Assembly: GCF_006345805.1 (NCBI RefSeq)
Contig: NC_043006.1
Location: forward strand, 72,974,001-73,038,000
Source: Octopus sinensis
Taxonomy: Eukaryota
Reading direction: 5' to 3'
Length of the DNA: 64,000 bases
The notes beneath the pieces were generated by a model, which was not told the origin of the DNA, did not search any database, and saw only the letters and a program-made list of their open reading frames with translations. A program made the translations under genes and the position numbers. Each line of letters opens with the position of its first letter. Position 1 is the first letter of the stretch. Positions 35,283 through 48,700 of the stretch are shown piece by piece.

Positions 35283-36469
35283 TATGCCCTTAATTTGTTG
35301 TAAACCCTCACCTTACCTAATGAAACACAGAAAGGAAATGAAAAAAAAATACATGTGTTTCAGAATGTTGGTGCACCAGGAAGATAATACCAGCAGTAAT
35401 CAATCAAAAAATATATCAATATATCAATCAAACTGGTGAATGAATAATGAACAACATAAGTTGGCCAAGAGGGACATAAAAAAAAAAAAAAACTAAACTT
35501 TTTTCAGGTTTTAAAAGCAAAAATGGTGGTGGTGGTGGGGATGATGGTGGTATTTTTGTTTTTTTTCCTTTTTTGGCATATCATTTTTGTACAGTTTTGT
35601 TGGGGTGGGGGAGGGAGAGGAGAGGAAAAATTTAAACAAAAACAGGGTGGGGTGGGGTGGGGGTGGGAAGTAAACACCAACGAAATCATTTCAAATTTTC
35701 ATATAATTTTAAAAAGGGAAACGGGAGGGTTATTATTATTATTAAGCTTTTAAACAATTAATATTTGATTGCTGATTATAATCTTTCTGTAACAATTAAA
35801 AAAACCCAACAAAACAAAAACAAACTCAAGTACCATAATACGGTGAGTTTATATGTTCTTTTGTTCTTTTTTTTTCCATAAGAAAGAAATCAACCAATTA
35901 ATTCTTCACTTTCTATTTCAAATTTGTTGTTCATTTTCATAAAAATATACTTGGTAGGGCTGTTTTTTTTTTCTTCTTTAATAACAACAACAATAACAAG
36001 ACACTTTCATCCCACTCTCTCTCTCTTTCCAAACATACAGAAAGAGAATCTTACATGTGAACAATCTAAAATAAGACTTTATCTTACACAGGAGACAAAA
36101 AAAAAAAAATTGTTTTATGTATGTAATATTTAAAGTATATGCATGCATGTAATGACTGCCTTTATTTGGTACAACTGTTTAATCATTGAATGAAAGATTT
36201 TATCAATTTGAAAAAAAATCATGTTATATATTCTTTCAGGAAACCCTGCAAACAACTTTTAAAGAAAACATGATAAGGATTATTTGTACTGGACTTACAA
36301 ACTAACAGCTGAACCACTGAACCACACAGGTCACCCAAGGTTCGTCTGGTGGGACTCACTGAAATGTTTTATAGCATTCCTCATTTATTGGAACTAAACT
36401 AGACAAATGAAGTTATGATCAAACATATTTTCGCATACTCTGAATTCAACATTAAGAAATTATTATTAT

Positions 36470-36842
36470 CATTTGTCGTCATGGCACTCCATCGGTTCTG
36501 ACGATGAGGGTTCCAGTTGATCTGATCAACGGAACAGCCTGCTTGTGAAATTAATGTGCAAGTGGCTGAGCACTCCACAGACACGTGTACCCTTAACATA
36601 GTTCTGGGGGAAGATTCAGCGTGACAAAGCTGGCTCTTTGAAATACAGGTACAACAGGAAGAAAGAGTGAGAGAAAGTTGTGGTGAAAGTGTACAGCAGG
36701 GTTCGCCACCATCCCCTGCCGGAGCCTCGTGGAGCTTTAGGTGTTTTTGCACAATAAACACTCACAACGCCCAGTCTGGGAATTAAAACTGCAATCCAAC
36801 GTGAGTCCGCTGCCCTAACCACTGGGCCATTGCACCTCCACA
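36470..36842 (-). mobile_element. SINE-F: tRNA head, distinct core, tail shared with SINE-D at 62271
   Basis: Minus strand GGAGGTGCAATGGCCCAGTGGTTAGGGCAGCGG head; tail ACACGTGTCTGTGGAGTGCTCAGCC..GATCAACTGGAACCCTCATC. Confidence 0.75.
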
Positions 36843-39800
36843 TTATTAAGGCATCAAGCTGGCAGAATTGCTAGTGAATTGGACAAAATGCTTAGCAGCA
36901 TTTCATCCTACTTTTTACATTATGAGTTCAAAATCAACTGAGGTCAACTTTGCCTTTCATCCAATTGGGGTTGATAAAATTAGGAGCAGTTGAACACAGG
37001 GGGAAGGGGGTCAGTATAATTGACTAGTTCCTTTTCTCAAAATTTCAGGCCTTGTGCCTATTATAGAAAGAATTATTATTGTAGCGGATGAAAGGAGGGG
37101 AGTAAAACAAACATGACTTTTGTCATCATCATTTAATGTCCAAAGTCCATGCTGGCAGGGTGCACCAGACTCCAATTTGATTTGGCATGGTTCTTATGGC
37201 TGGATGCCCTTCCTAATGCCAACCACTCTCAGAGTGTAATGAGTACTTTTATGTGCCACCAGCATGGGTGCCATTTGCATGACACCAGTTTCTGCCACGA
37301 CTGTGATTTTACTTGGCTTGATGGATCTTCTTCTCAATACTTGGCTTAAAGGTCATGTTCTAAAACACCAAACAGAGAGGCTTGTCTAATAGTAATGTCT
37401 GGACAATATTTTATAATCAGCATCACTAAAAAGCTAACTGGAATCTTGCTAAAATATACAGAAAAGTTGAAGGTTTTACTTGATATGACTGGAAGAGATG
37501 ATTCAATTGGACAGCAATATAGTGTAGTAATGAGGGTTTTTAAAACTGATTAAAATGAATGTTAATAATGAATTCTTAGATTAGTAAAGTGCATAAATTT
37601 GTAGAAGAGGGTATGAAGTTAATTAGTTTGACATGTTATGTAACTTGTAATTGCTTTATCGACCTGTGAGAAATGAAATGCAAAGTTGATCCAAGAAGGT
37701 ACTGAACTCAGAGAATGAATGTTAATAACAATAAAAGCTTAATTCAAATACTAATAGGCTGCCTTTTTTTTTATGATACACTGTAATTTCAAGGTTAATC
37801 ATCTGACGATGGGAGTAACCTGCAATTAGCTAACATGGACATGCAAGCCTATAACTAGCAGAAACCAGTAATGCCATGCTATGGTTTCATGTTACAGCGT
37901 GTGAATTGAAAACAGTTCAAGGGAAATGGATACTGGTTTCAAATTTTGGTACATGGCCAACAATTACAAGGAGGTGGCTCAACTGGTACTTGCTTGTTGC
38001 CTTGTGGGAAATGGAGAATATTTATTTCTTTATTGCCCACAGGGGGACTAAACGTAGAGGAAACAAACAAGGACAAAGGGATTAAATCGATTACGTCGAC
38101 CCCAGTGCATAACTGGTACTTATTTAATCAACCCCAAGTCGACCTCGGTGAAATTTGAACTCAGAACATAACAGCAGATGAAATACTGCTAAGCAGTTTT
38201 GCCCAGTGTGCTAACGTTTCTGTCAGCTCGCGGGGAAATACAACAGATAGTAACTAGTGAAATTTCAAATTAGTAAATACAAAAAAAAAATGCTAAATAA
38301 TCTCTCTCTCTCTATATATATATAGGCATAAGCATGGCTGTGTGGCAAGAAGCTTGCTTCCCAACCACATGGTTCTGGGTTCAGTCCCACTGCATGGCAC
38401 CTTGGGCAAGTGTCTTCTACTATACCCTCAGGCAGACCAAAGCCTTGTGAGTGGATTTGGTAGATGGAAACTGAAATAAGCCTGTTGTGTATATCTGTGT
38501 TTGTCTTCCCCCTGTCATTGCATGACAACCTATGCTGGTGTGTTTATGTCCCTGTAACTAGCAGTTCAGCAAAAGAAACTGATAGACTAGGAACTAGGCT
38601 TACAAAGAGTAAGTTTTGGGGTCGGTTTCTTTGACTAAAACCCTTTAAGGCAGTGCTCCAGCATGGCCACAGTCAAATGACTGAAATAAATAAAAGAATA
38701 TATATATTAGTAATAATAATAAGATTAGTCAGAAGAAATGATGGAATTGTTCGCTGAGTTATTATATTCTGATACAGAAAAACTTCAAATTTTCAAATGA
38801 AATAAAACATAGTAGAATGTTTACCTTATTATAGCTAATAATTTTCTGAAAAATTCTTAAATGTAATAATGTAAATACTCTACTTTATTTCATTCCATTT
38901 CCTTGCATGTATGAATAAACAAAGGAAAATTCTACCTTTCCATCTAACTTTACCAATATACTATTCTGTACACTACCAAAAATGTTTATTCCATAGTGAA
39001 GGGGCATGTGGTAAGCTGTTGCCCTCATGCTCACGAGATCGTGAGTTTGTTTCCCAGACTGGTGGTACATTGTACTGTTGAGCAAAACACATCATTTCAT
39101 GTTGCTCTAGTGCCCCTTTTGATCAGGAGGGAATGTTGGCCCACTTGCCTAGCCAGTGGGGTGGCACCATTGGAAGGCTAAAATGATGCAAAGTACACTG
39201 TGACCAGTGATGTGTAACAACATCTGATATACTCTGGTCAGTCATGTGATACACACACACACATGAAACGATCTTTCTAAATAAAAATTTTCTTTGATAT
39301 CATATCATCAGAAAAGGCTGAAATAACACACAAAAGGTTGCATGCATCCTTCTGCCACATAATGAAAACAAAGAAGCAAGCAAATACCCAATTAAATATA
39401 AATATATATATATAAGTATGGCGTAATTAAATTATTACGTAGTTTTTTTTGTTAAGAATCAGGATATGGAGTTCATTCTAACCTTGACATTAACAGGGTG
39501 GATACAGAAAGCAACCAATATGAGCCTTTTAGAATTAGGATTTATTTTTGCAGGCAATAATTGTGAATATGAAAAGGACTACACTCAAACACTATCATTA
39601 GATTATAGCAAAAAAAAGAAAAAAAAAAAAGAGAAAAATGTAAAAAAAGCAAAAAGCTTGTTAAAACACTCCTCACTGTGTATGATACAAAGTATAAGCC
39701 ATGAAAAATGGGAAATACAAGTCTGTTTGCTAGGGAATATTTTATGATATAGTATGACAAAATAGTAAATAATCCTTGTTTCAGAGAGGCCAAAGCTGTT

Positions 39801-41337
39801 TTTGCCCAATAAATCCATGTGCAGTGCAAAAAGAAATAATGTTAAAATAGTAAAATATAAAGTAATACAGTGCCAACAGCTGGTAATGTGATTAAGTTCC
39901 TAAATAAATCACAATTGTAAGGATTTTTTGTTCTCTTCAGAAGTTTATTGTTTGTCAAGATAACCTACTGACAGTTGACGTTTTAATTAAAAGAAAAATG
40001 CTGCCAGCTTGTATCATCTCTTGCTAAAACTGAATGGTCATATTAAGAAATTATTCAAAAGTTTATTTTGAAGAGAATTGAAACCAAAGTTTCCTTGTCA
40101 GCAAGTTTTCTTTCACATATCCTTAAAAAACTACACAAAAAGAGGTTTTAAGACAAAAAGTGATCAAAGATCAAGAAAAGAAAAGCATAATGAAAAGCAG
40201 GGTATTTATCTCAAATATTTAAAAATTAATGTAAAACAAAACGGCTTCTAATGTATATGAGGATGTAGAGCGCCAGAGTGAAGAATTTGTGACAGATGTT
40301 ACGACAGAATGAATGAAAAACCATTACTGCATCGAAAAATATCTGAGGAGTATCTCCAAGCTATTGTCTTTCTGTTCCAATTGCAAAAATAATAAAAGAA
40401 AGACTCCATGTATATATATTTGAGTATGTTGCAAATGTACATTAACAAGTTATACCCTTTTGTTACCAGATTTCTGTTGAATTAAGCTACTTTCATTTCA
40501 ATTAATATTGAAATATAACGAAGACTTTAGTATATAAATAATAGTCATTATTCAACTAGTGTTTCGAACATTAGCTCACTTTTGAAACAGGAAGCTTATA
40601 CCGTAGAACCAGGGATGGTGTCAGGCAGACTCATATGAAAAGGATTAATGACATTAATTAAAATATTTGTGTCACTGTATATGTGTATATGCACACGTGG
40701 GTACATATTTTCAATAAGATTAACAAAACTACATTAAAAAAGAAAAACAAAAAACAAAACAGAGTTAGATTACTATGACTAGTCAGTGATAACATCAAAC
40801 AAAGGTTTAAATGACCAAGAGAATAAACAAAACAAATAAATAACAAAAACAGACAAACAAATTTCATCTGTAGGCTTAAATACCAAAAATTTTCCACCAG
40901 TGAACTGACTAATGGCGAAATTCTTTCATTCAATGATTACATACAACTTACCCAAACGACAGGTTTATTATAGCCATTAGAAATGTTTATAGTTTAAAGG
41001 ATTGGGGTATGCTTGAAGTGTGTGTGTGTGTGTGTGTGTGGATTTGGGTATAAATGTGTTGAAGAGCCTTTCTGTTAGCTTGTTTCATTAAAAACAAAAT
41101 TGGTGTGTGTGTGTATTGACCATTGGTACTGTAGGTGTAAAAAAAAATGTGTGTGCACTTGTAGATTTATATGTGTATGTATATAAAAATAAATCTTTGG
41201 AAATGTATTTAACAAATTAATAGAGGCAGAGAGGAGAATGTCTGCTTGCTAATTGGATGGATGGGAGGAGGAGGAGAGAGAGGTAGGGGGCAGGAAGGTA
41301 ATGGGACAAGATAATTGATTCTGTATACATCCAACAT

Positions 41338-41414
41338 CTATTCTCGATTAGCCAAATGTAAAGCACCATAGCCTTGATGACCTGAATTCTGGTTCGGTGT
41401 GTGGGAGGGTATTC
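41338..41414 (-). CDS. Candidate exon 5 (possibly terminal): (G)IPSHTPNQNSGHQGYGALHLANRE*
   Basis: Strong acceptor TATTTTGTTTTGTTTATTGCAG; phase 1 matches exon 4; ends in TAG. Confidence 0.45.
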
Positions 41415-41601
41415 CTGCAATAAACAAAACAAAATATCAATGTGTATGAATATGTGTGTGTGTATATCCATATACATACATACATACATATATATGTTCG
41501 AAAAAAGTTTGTTTTCTATGTTTTTATGCTTTCGTTTCTCATTGTGTTCAACGTTTTTTTGATGTCCTGTACCCGTATATGCATGTATATATACATATAT
41601 A

Positions 41602-42250
41602 TGTAGGTATGTACATATATGTATGTATATATTCATCATCATCATTTAACGTCTGCTTTCCATGCTAGCATGGGTTGGACGATTTTGACTGAGGGCTGGC
41701 GAACCAGATGGCTGCACCAGGCTCCAATCTTGATCTGGCAGAGTTTCTACAGCTGGATGCCCTTCCTAATGCCAACCACTCCGAGAGTGTAGTGGGTGCT
41801 TTTTACGTGCCACCGACACGGGGGCCAGTCAGGCAGTACTGGCAATGACCTTGCTCGAATCTTTTTACACGAGCCACTGAAGCGACGTTGGTAATGATCA
41901 CGCTCGAATGGTGCCCTTTTACGTGCCACAGGTATGGAAGCCAGTAACTGTGGCACGTAAAAGGGCACCGTTCGAGCGTGATCATTACCAACGTCCCATG
42001 TCATTAACCAGAAATGTAGGTATGTACATATATGTATGTATATATGCATATCATCATCGTTTAACGTCTGCTTTTCATGCTAGCATGGGTTGGACGATTT
42101 GACTGAGGACTGGTGAACCAAATGGCTGCATCAGGCTCCAATCTGATCTGGCAGAGTTTCTACAGCTGGATGCCCTTCCTAATGCCAACCACTCCTAGAG
42201 TGAAGTAGGTGCTTTTACATGCCACTGGCACGAGGGCCAGTCAGGCACGA
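41602..42250 (-). mobile_element. Tandemly duplicated family C repeats with an internal fold-back
   Basis: Flank ATGTAGGTATGTACATATATGTATGTATATAT at ~41602 and ~42015; 47-bp inverted arms 41884-41930 and 41949-41995. Confidence 0.85.
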
Positions 42251-43908
42251 TCAAATGCTACACATCCTTTCCCAAGTAAGTTTTATCTCTCTCTCTCTCT
42301 ATATATATATATAAAATACTAAAACTAGACACTTTAACATATTGACTCACCATTAAAATTGTTTGTGTCAGTGTTTGTAGCCTTTTAAATTATGTTCCAA
42401 ATATCAATTTAATAATGGAAGAAATTAGTCATTTTACTAAACCCCATGAAAATTCTTGATTTCATTTTTTTCAGGTCTTCTTTTCCATGCTTGTAAGACT
42501 CAGACGAGAATATATTAAAGCAAGAGTTATCTATGGCGAGATGCTCTTCCTGATGCTAACACTCACCTGTTTCCAAGTAAGGTAACAATCCCCTCTTTCT
42601 ATTGAACAACGAACAGCACTGTTTGGACGAACCTTTTGTTTACAAAGATTGCACAACTTTTAGTTCAGCCTTTAGCATTCAGATTACTCTGTCATCTGTA
42701 ATACTTATTTATTCACAATGTATTGAATAAATCATATTTTATCATGTAGCTTTGAGATTTCAATGTAATTGGTATATTTTTAGAGTGGCATTGTAGGATA
42801 GGTGTGAAAAGCCAGATCTGGTTTGTTTGAACATAAAACAAGTAGAATATCTGGGCTGGATATGATTGGTTTAAATGCTAAAGGATTAAGCAATGTCAGG
42901 AAGCCTGGACATGATTTCATTGTGAACGGCAAGCAAAGGGCACTGACTGTAATGAAAAGTGAGGCCTTTATTTACAATCAGTAAACTTATGTGGAGATAA
43001 AGGCAAATACCAACTAAGAAAATCAATTAGAACATTGTGACAGTATATTTCATTAGAAACATGGTTACCTAAGTTTAGAACAACTGAATTTTTTTTATCA
43101 ACTACGAGTGAAGAAATGAAAAATTTACTCCTTCAATTCAGAGTGTTCAGAGATAAAAGAAACTGCCACAAAGCACTCCAGCCATGACCATTTGACACTC
43201 TTACAGAGGAAAATCACCAATCTTTGCTGCTGTGTATGCTGTGATTTTGGTATGGTTTTCATTTCTATCACCAACCATTTTCCAGCATGGACTAGGCATA
43301 TTTCATTGTGCTACCAGCATTATGGAAGACTTTTATATAGTGTTAGAGTATCTGCTCTCTGATACAGGCTGCTCCCATTGTGGCTCACGGTGTCAACATC
43401 TATGCTCCATCTTCCTTTCCTTTTGCTTTCATTTTTACCAACCTTTCCTCTTAACAACTTTGCAATGTCACTCACTTAAGTCCTTCACTCCCTATGGAGC
43501 ATAAGCCATCAATGACCTTTCTCCACTGTTCTCTCCCAGGTCTTGTAGGTTTTCAAGTGTCATCAATCCTACAGTAACTTTGATTTTTCTAGGTGGGGTG
43601 AGGTTGGTGCAACACAAACCAATTTTTACCTCTGGGAAGAGGCAGTCCATAGTCTGGCCTCTGTCCTTTGATCTGTCCAGTATGGGAGGCCCTAACCAGG
43701 AACTTTCTACTTCCCCGGCATAGCACACAAACCACCACATTGCATAAAGGACAGGACCTTATGGTGGTTTGTAATATGAACTGAGGTGAGTTGTATCATT
43801 CTGCTGGCACTACAGAGGTCGTCTGCACCAGGACTGGAATGTTACCAAAATCCTGTAACAATTATAAGTAAAAAAAAGAAGCAGTAAATATAAAAAGCAA
43901 AACTTTAC

Positions 43909-44107
43909 CTGTGGGCCACATATTTCTAGGAAGGTGAAGTGGGTCAGCTGACCATGGCCCACATGAATGAATTGGCGGCCCTACACTAGGTGTACCACTT
44001 ATTGATTGGGTAGATTCCGAACAGTCAAGTTCTGGTGAATTATGGACTAGGTTGCTGCGGCGTGCCCATGGGTGCTTCGGTGGCCAAGTATATGTTGATT
44101 TACAATC
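43909..44107 (-). CDS. Exon 4 of unidentified gene: DCKSTYTWPPKHPWARRSNLVHNSPELDCSESTQSISGTPSVGPPIHSCGPWSADPLHLPRNMWPT
   Basis: Acceptor TTTTTTTTTCTCTTTTAG, donor CAG|GTAAAG, 199 nt open in phase 0 to 1, GC-richer than flanks. Confidence 0.8.
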
Positions 44108-44149
44108 CTAAAAGAGAAAAAAAAATTTATATATATCTGTGTGTTTATA

Positions 44150-44370
44150 CAGGGGTGGGCAAAAATAGGTATAAGTTGCTTAATGAGTGGAATGTTCTTT
44201 CCATTTCTCTATTCCTTTTTTACCCAAGTGATTTCATAACTCGACTAAGAGATCTGTGAGAGATGCCTAGTTCATTGGAAGCCATCTTTTTTTATTTTTA
44301 TATACATCTTGAAATGCTTACATATATACATATATATATGCAATTATATACCTACTTTTGCCCATCCCAG
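44150..44370. mobile_element. Tc1/mariner-type MITE
   Basis: TA-CAGGGGTGGGCAAAAATAGGTATA / TATACCTACTTTTGCCCATCCCAG; a related end occurs at ~23692. Confidence 0.7.
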
Positions 44371-44911
44371 CATGTGTGTGTATGTATACACAAACACGCA
44401 CATATGTTTACATTTATCAAATTTTTTCCAATATTAATTCTGGTTTGAAATGTGGATATTTTATCCTTAAATCAGATACATAACACAGCTTGTTTGACAA
44501 CTGATCCAACTTCTGGAAAACAAGAAATCTATGGGTTGGTGATCTAGCACTAAGTATATACATGAAACACTGGAAAATAGAAATCAAGTTTAGCTCATTA
44601 GCATTTAGATTATTCTGTCAAACGTAATTCTTATTTATTGACATTGTTTTGAGTTAATCATGCATTATCTTGCAGCTTTGAGATTTCAGTGATGTAGGTG
44701 TTTATTTTTAAAAGACATTGTAGGGTAGGTGTGAGAGGTTGGATCTGGTTAATTTGAACATAAAACAGGTGGAATATTTGGGCTGGATATGGCCAGTTTG
44801 TGATGGAGCAGGATGGGATGAATAAAAAAATTGAATAAGTAAAATACCCCAAATAATAAGATACCCAAATTGACTTTCCAGGGGTATCCTGTTATGGAAC
44901 ATATGTATATA

Positions 44912-45781
44912 TAGGGGTTGGACAAAATAATGGAAACACCTAGCATCATAATTTTGGAATATTTATAAAACCGTCAAAAGCTTGTTTATTGATTTATTAT
45001 AAGTGTTACTTAATATGTTTTTGCTAAAATTGCAGTTTCTTTTCAGATATCATCAGAAAAAGGTAATTAAAATTCATTGAAATGACAGATCTATTGGACT
45101 TTCAAAGAGGTCAAATTGTTGGTGCTTGTATGGTAGGCGCTAACGTAACGAAAACAGCTGAAATGTCTCAAAAGTAATGACAGTCTTTGAGAAAGAGGGA
45201 AAAACTTCCTCATCGAAACGAAACTCCGGAAGCAAACCAAAACTTTTAGATAGGGACTGTCGAACTCTTATGCGAATTGCTAGAAAGGATCACAAAAGTA
45301 CAGCTCCCAAAATTACTGCAGGTCTTAATGATCACCTTGAGAACCCAGTTTCCACAAAAATTGTTTGCCGGGAGCTGCACAAAGCTGGATTTCACAGTGA
45401 ACTGCAATCAGAAAACCACTAATGATAATACACCAATTCACACAGCTAAAGCTGTTACTGAATGGCACAAGGAACATTCTAGTGAATTTGAACATCTTAT
45501 CTGCCCACCACAGTCCCCAGATCTCAATATTATTGAACAGTTATGGTGCATTTTAGAAAAACAAGTAAGGAGGCAATATCCTCCACCATCATCACTACAA
45601 GAACTGGAGACTGTTTTAGCTGAAAAATTGACAAAAATTCCTTTGGAAACAATTCAAACTTTGTATGAGTCCATATGTCATAGAATTCAAGCTGTAATTA
45701 CTGCCAAAGGCAGTCCTACCCCATATTAGAATAAATTTGTTTTAAACTTTAAGGTGTTTCCATTATTTTGTCCAACCCCTG
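44912..45781 (+). mobile_element. Internally deleted Tc1-family transposon with D36E spacing
   Basis: 29-bp TIR AGGGGTTGGACAAAATAATGGAAACACCT, TA flanks; MTDLLDFQRGQIVG N-terminus; DNTPIH...PQSPDLNIIE C-terminus. Confidence 0.9.
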
Positions 45782-48700
45782 TACAATAACTACTGTAATC
45801 ATTTCAAATGCAAATTAGTTTACATCTAAAGGTTTCACATACTACTAGTAGGTGCAACCTAGTACAATCTGACTCATGGTCTAGAGTTTGCTGAAAAAAG
45901 TGGTCCCTGTATGCAGATAAATTAAAAATAAAATTTAGAAAAGATCCTTTAACAGGGGAAGGCCAACTGCCAACTATATCCAGAAAGAAAGAGGACAGGG
46001 AGCCTCTGCGTAAGTGGTCCTCAAATGATGCACTACATAGAGTCTCTAGGTTTGTTGTAGATTTTTAAATATATGATTCATTTTTTAGAAAACCAAACTA
46101 ATGCCAGAGCATCTTTAAAAATATATTATTCTTAATTCATTATGATGAATAAGACAAGCTAAATGATTTTCTATATTTTTTCTAATTTTTAACATTTAAC
46201 TCTTGATATTAATCTGCCTGAAACTAGCTGCAACTAGTTCTCAGATACAAACTTCCTGTTTTAAAGTGCCATTGAAATTTCATGTTAATGTTTGTTCTAC
46301 ATAACAACTTAATAAGGCCAAATTATATTACTAAAGTATTCCTTAATTGAGATAGAGGCAAAGTATTTCAATTGAAATATGGTAACAAAAGGGTTTAAAT
46401 AAGTTTTTACTTTATTGCTTTTAATACTAAATTGTCTGAGACTGATCCTAGACTATTTTTAAATGATCTAGATTAAAATCTTGTTAATTCACATTTCAAA
46501 GGCTAGCTTAATAATGACTAGATTAGTTTACTAAATTGTTCATTAATGGAAACAAAGGCAAAATATTTCAAGAGAAATATGGTAAGGAAATGGTTAAAAC
46601 AGTTTTGCTTAAGTACCCATGTAAAGTGTACCAATAAATTTTTTCCTTAATTTCCTGTGTATCAGTAAATTTTATTATTTAATCTCCAGTGAACCACATT
46701 CAACAGATTGAGGCCACTGCTCTATACAGTCACCTGACCTGATAGGAAAAGCAGCCAATTTCTCTGAAATTGCACTCCACTGTCTGGAGAAAAGAGGGAC
46801 ACAATGGAGAGTGTATTTAGTTCTAGATATAGAAAAAGAAGATGGAATGGTCATAGCTAGAAGGCATTTGATCATCGGTCTTGCTCAATCAGGGCTGGTC
46901 TATAGCTAAACAACAACAGGTACCCCAGTTTATCCATCTATTGAAACACACATTGTCGCTGTGTACCTATGGTTTCCTTATGTCAAGGAGTTGGCATTCA
47001 CGGAAAGCAAACAAGTACAAGCATTGGTATTATTCAAATTTTATAAAATCCTTTGATGGTTATTCAAAATATTCACAAATCTGCACTTGTGTATGGTAAC
47101 AAAATGATACGGTCCCATTGTCAGAAACTTTATTATGGCTCCGGGTTCAGTCCCACTGCGTGGCACCTTGGGCAAGTGTCTTCTACTATAGCCTCAGGCC
47201 GACCAAAGCCTTTTGAGTGGATTTGGTAGAAGAAAACTGAAAGAAGCCTGTCGTATATATGTATGTTTGTGTTTGTCCCCACAACATTGCTTCACAACCA
47301 ATGCTGGTGTGTTTATGTCCCCGTAACTTAGCGGTCCGGCAAAGTAGGTCGATAGAATAAGTACTAGGCTTACAAAGAATAAGTCCCGGGGTTGATTTGC
47401 TTGACTAAAGGTAGTGCTCCAGCATGGCCACAGTCAAATGACTGAAACAAGTAAAAGAGTACAGAGAGAGTATACTGGAGTCTTGCCAGTTTTGCTGTGA
47501 ATTTTCCAGATTTTATGAGTGACAATGTACATATATGCGAGTATGTATGTATGCAGGGCATCTTGGACAATTGTCATTTTGTATAGCCCAAGGCCACCCC
47601 ATGCTTTATGAGCAAAACTGAGTTGATGAAAACTGTATAGAAGCCCATTGGATGGATTGTGCCTGTGATCCAAGGGTAAAACCTTGTCACAAACTGTGTC
47701 TCACTTGCTCTGTTAAGATATAAATGTTAAACATTTAGCATTCAGGTTATTCTGTAAAATGTGATGCTTATCTATTGTTTTAAATAAATCATGCTTTATT
47801 TAATAGCTTCAAGATTTCAATGATGTGATTGCTTATTTTTAGAAGCGACATTGTAGAGTAGGTGTGAGAAGCTGGGTCTGAACTTAAAACATGTAGGATG
47901 TTTGGACTAGATAAGCCAGATTAAATGCTAAAAGGTTAACAGTACACGTGTCTGTGGAGTGTTCAATCAATTACATGTTATTGTGCGAGTAGGTCATACA
48001 GTTGATCAGATAACTGAATCTTCAGTGTCAAATGATGAACATCTGCCACCATGCTCATTGATTTCCAAGTAACAATGGTAAAAAATGTATAGCATTATGG
48101 AATTCCAAGTTATGTTAAGATTTCAGGACAGCAATTTTTCAGTAACACAGGGGATGCCTATATATGTATGTGTGTGAGTGTATAGTTACACAGTTAAAAA
48201 AGTTTACTTCGTAAGTATGCAGTTCTAAGTTTGACTCCATTACAAAGTAACTTAGGCAAAGTGGCTAAAACTATAAGCATGGGTTGTCCAAAGCCTTGTA
48301 AATGAAACTAGCAAACACAAACAGTATGGATGTTTACTCTTTTACTGGTTTCAGTCATTGACTGTGGACATACTGGAGCACCGCTTTTAGTCAAGCAAAT
48401 TGACCCCAGGACTTATTCTATCGGTCTCTTTTGCCGAACCGCTAAGTTACGGGGACGTAAACACACCAGCATCGGTTGTCAAGTGATGTTGGGGACACAC
48501 ACACAAACATCATCATCATCGTTTAACGTCCGTTTTCCGCGCTAGCACGGGTACACACATATATATACACATATACATATATACGACGGTCTTCTTTCAG
48601 TTTCCGTCTACCAAATCCACTCACAAGTCTTTGGTCGGCCCAAGGCTATAGTAGAAGACACTTGCCCAAGGAGCAACGCATGTGGTTTGTAAGCAAGATA

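Noticed and set aside
43490-43750. RTE-like 5' leader or ORF 43492-43740
   Set aside because: Vague resemblance to LINE 5' UTRs (CAACCTCACCCC..AAAAA) without coding support.
43790-43852. Minus-strand exon after TGTTACAG (DFGNIPVLVQ...)
   Set aside because: It is only ~55 nt from the exon 4 donor, and all frames stop quickly.
46940-47095. Ancient RT fragment (NFIKSFD resembling DFSKAFD)
   Set aside because: A single short motif with frameshifts; could be chance.
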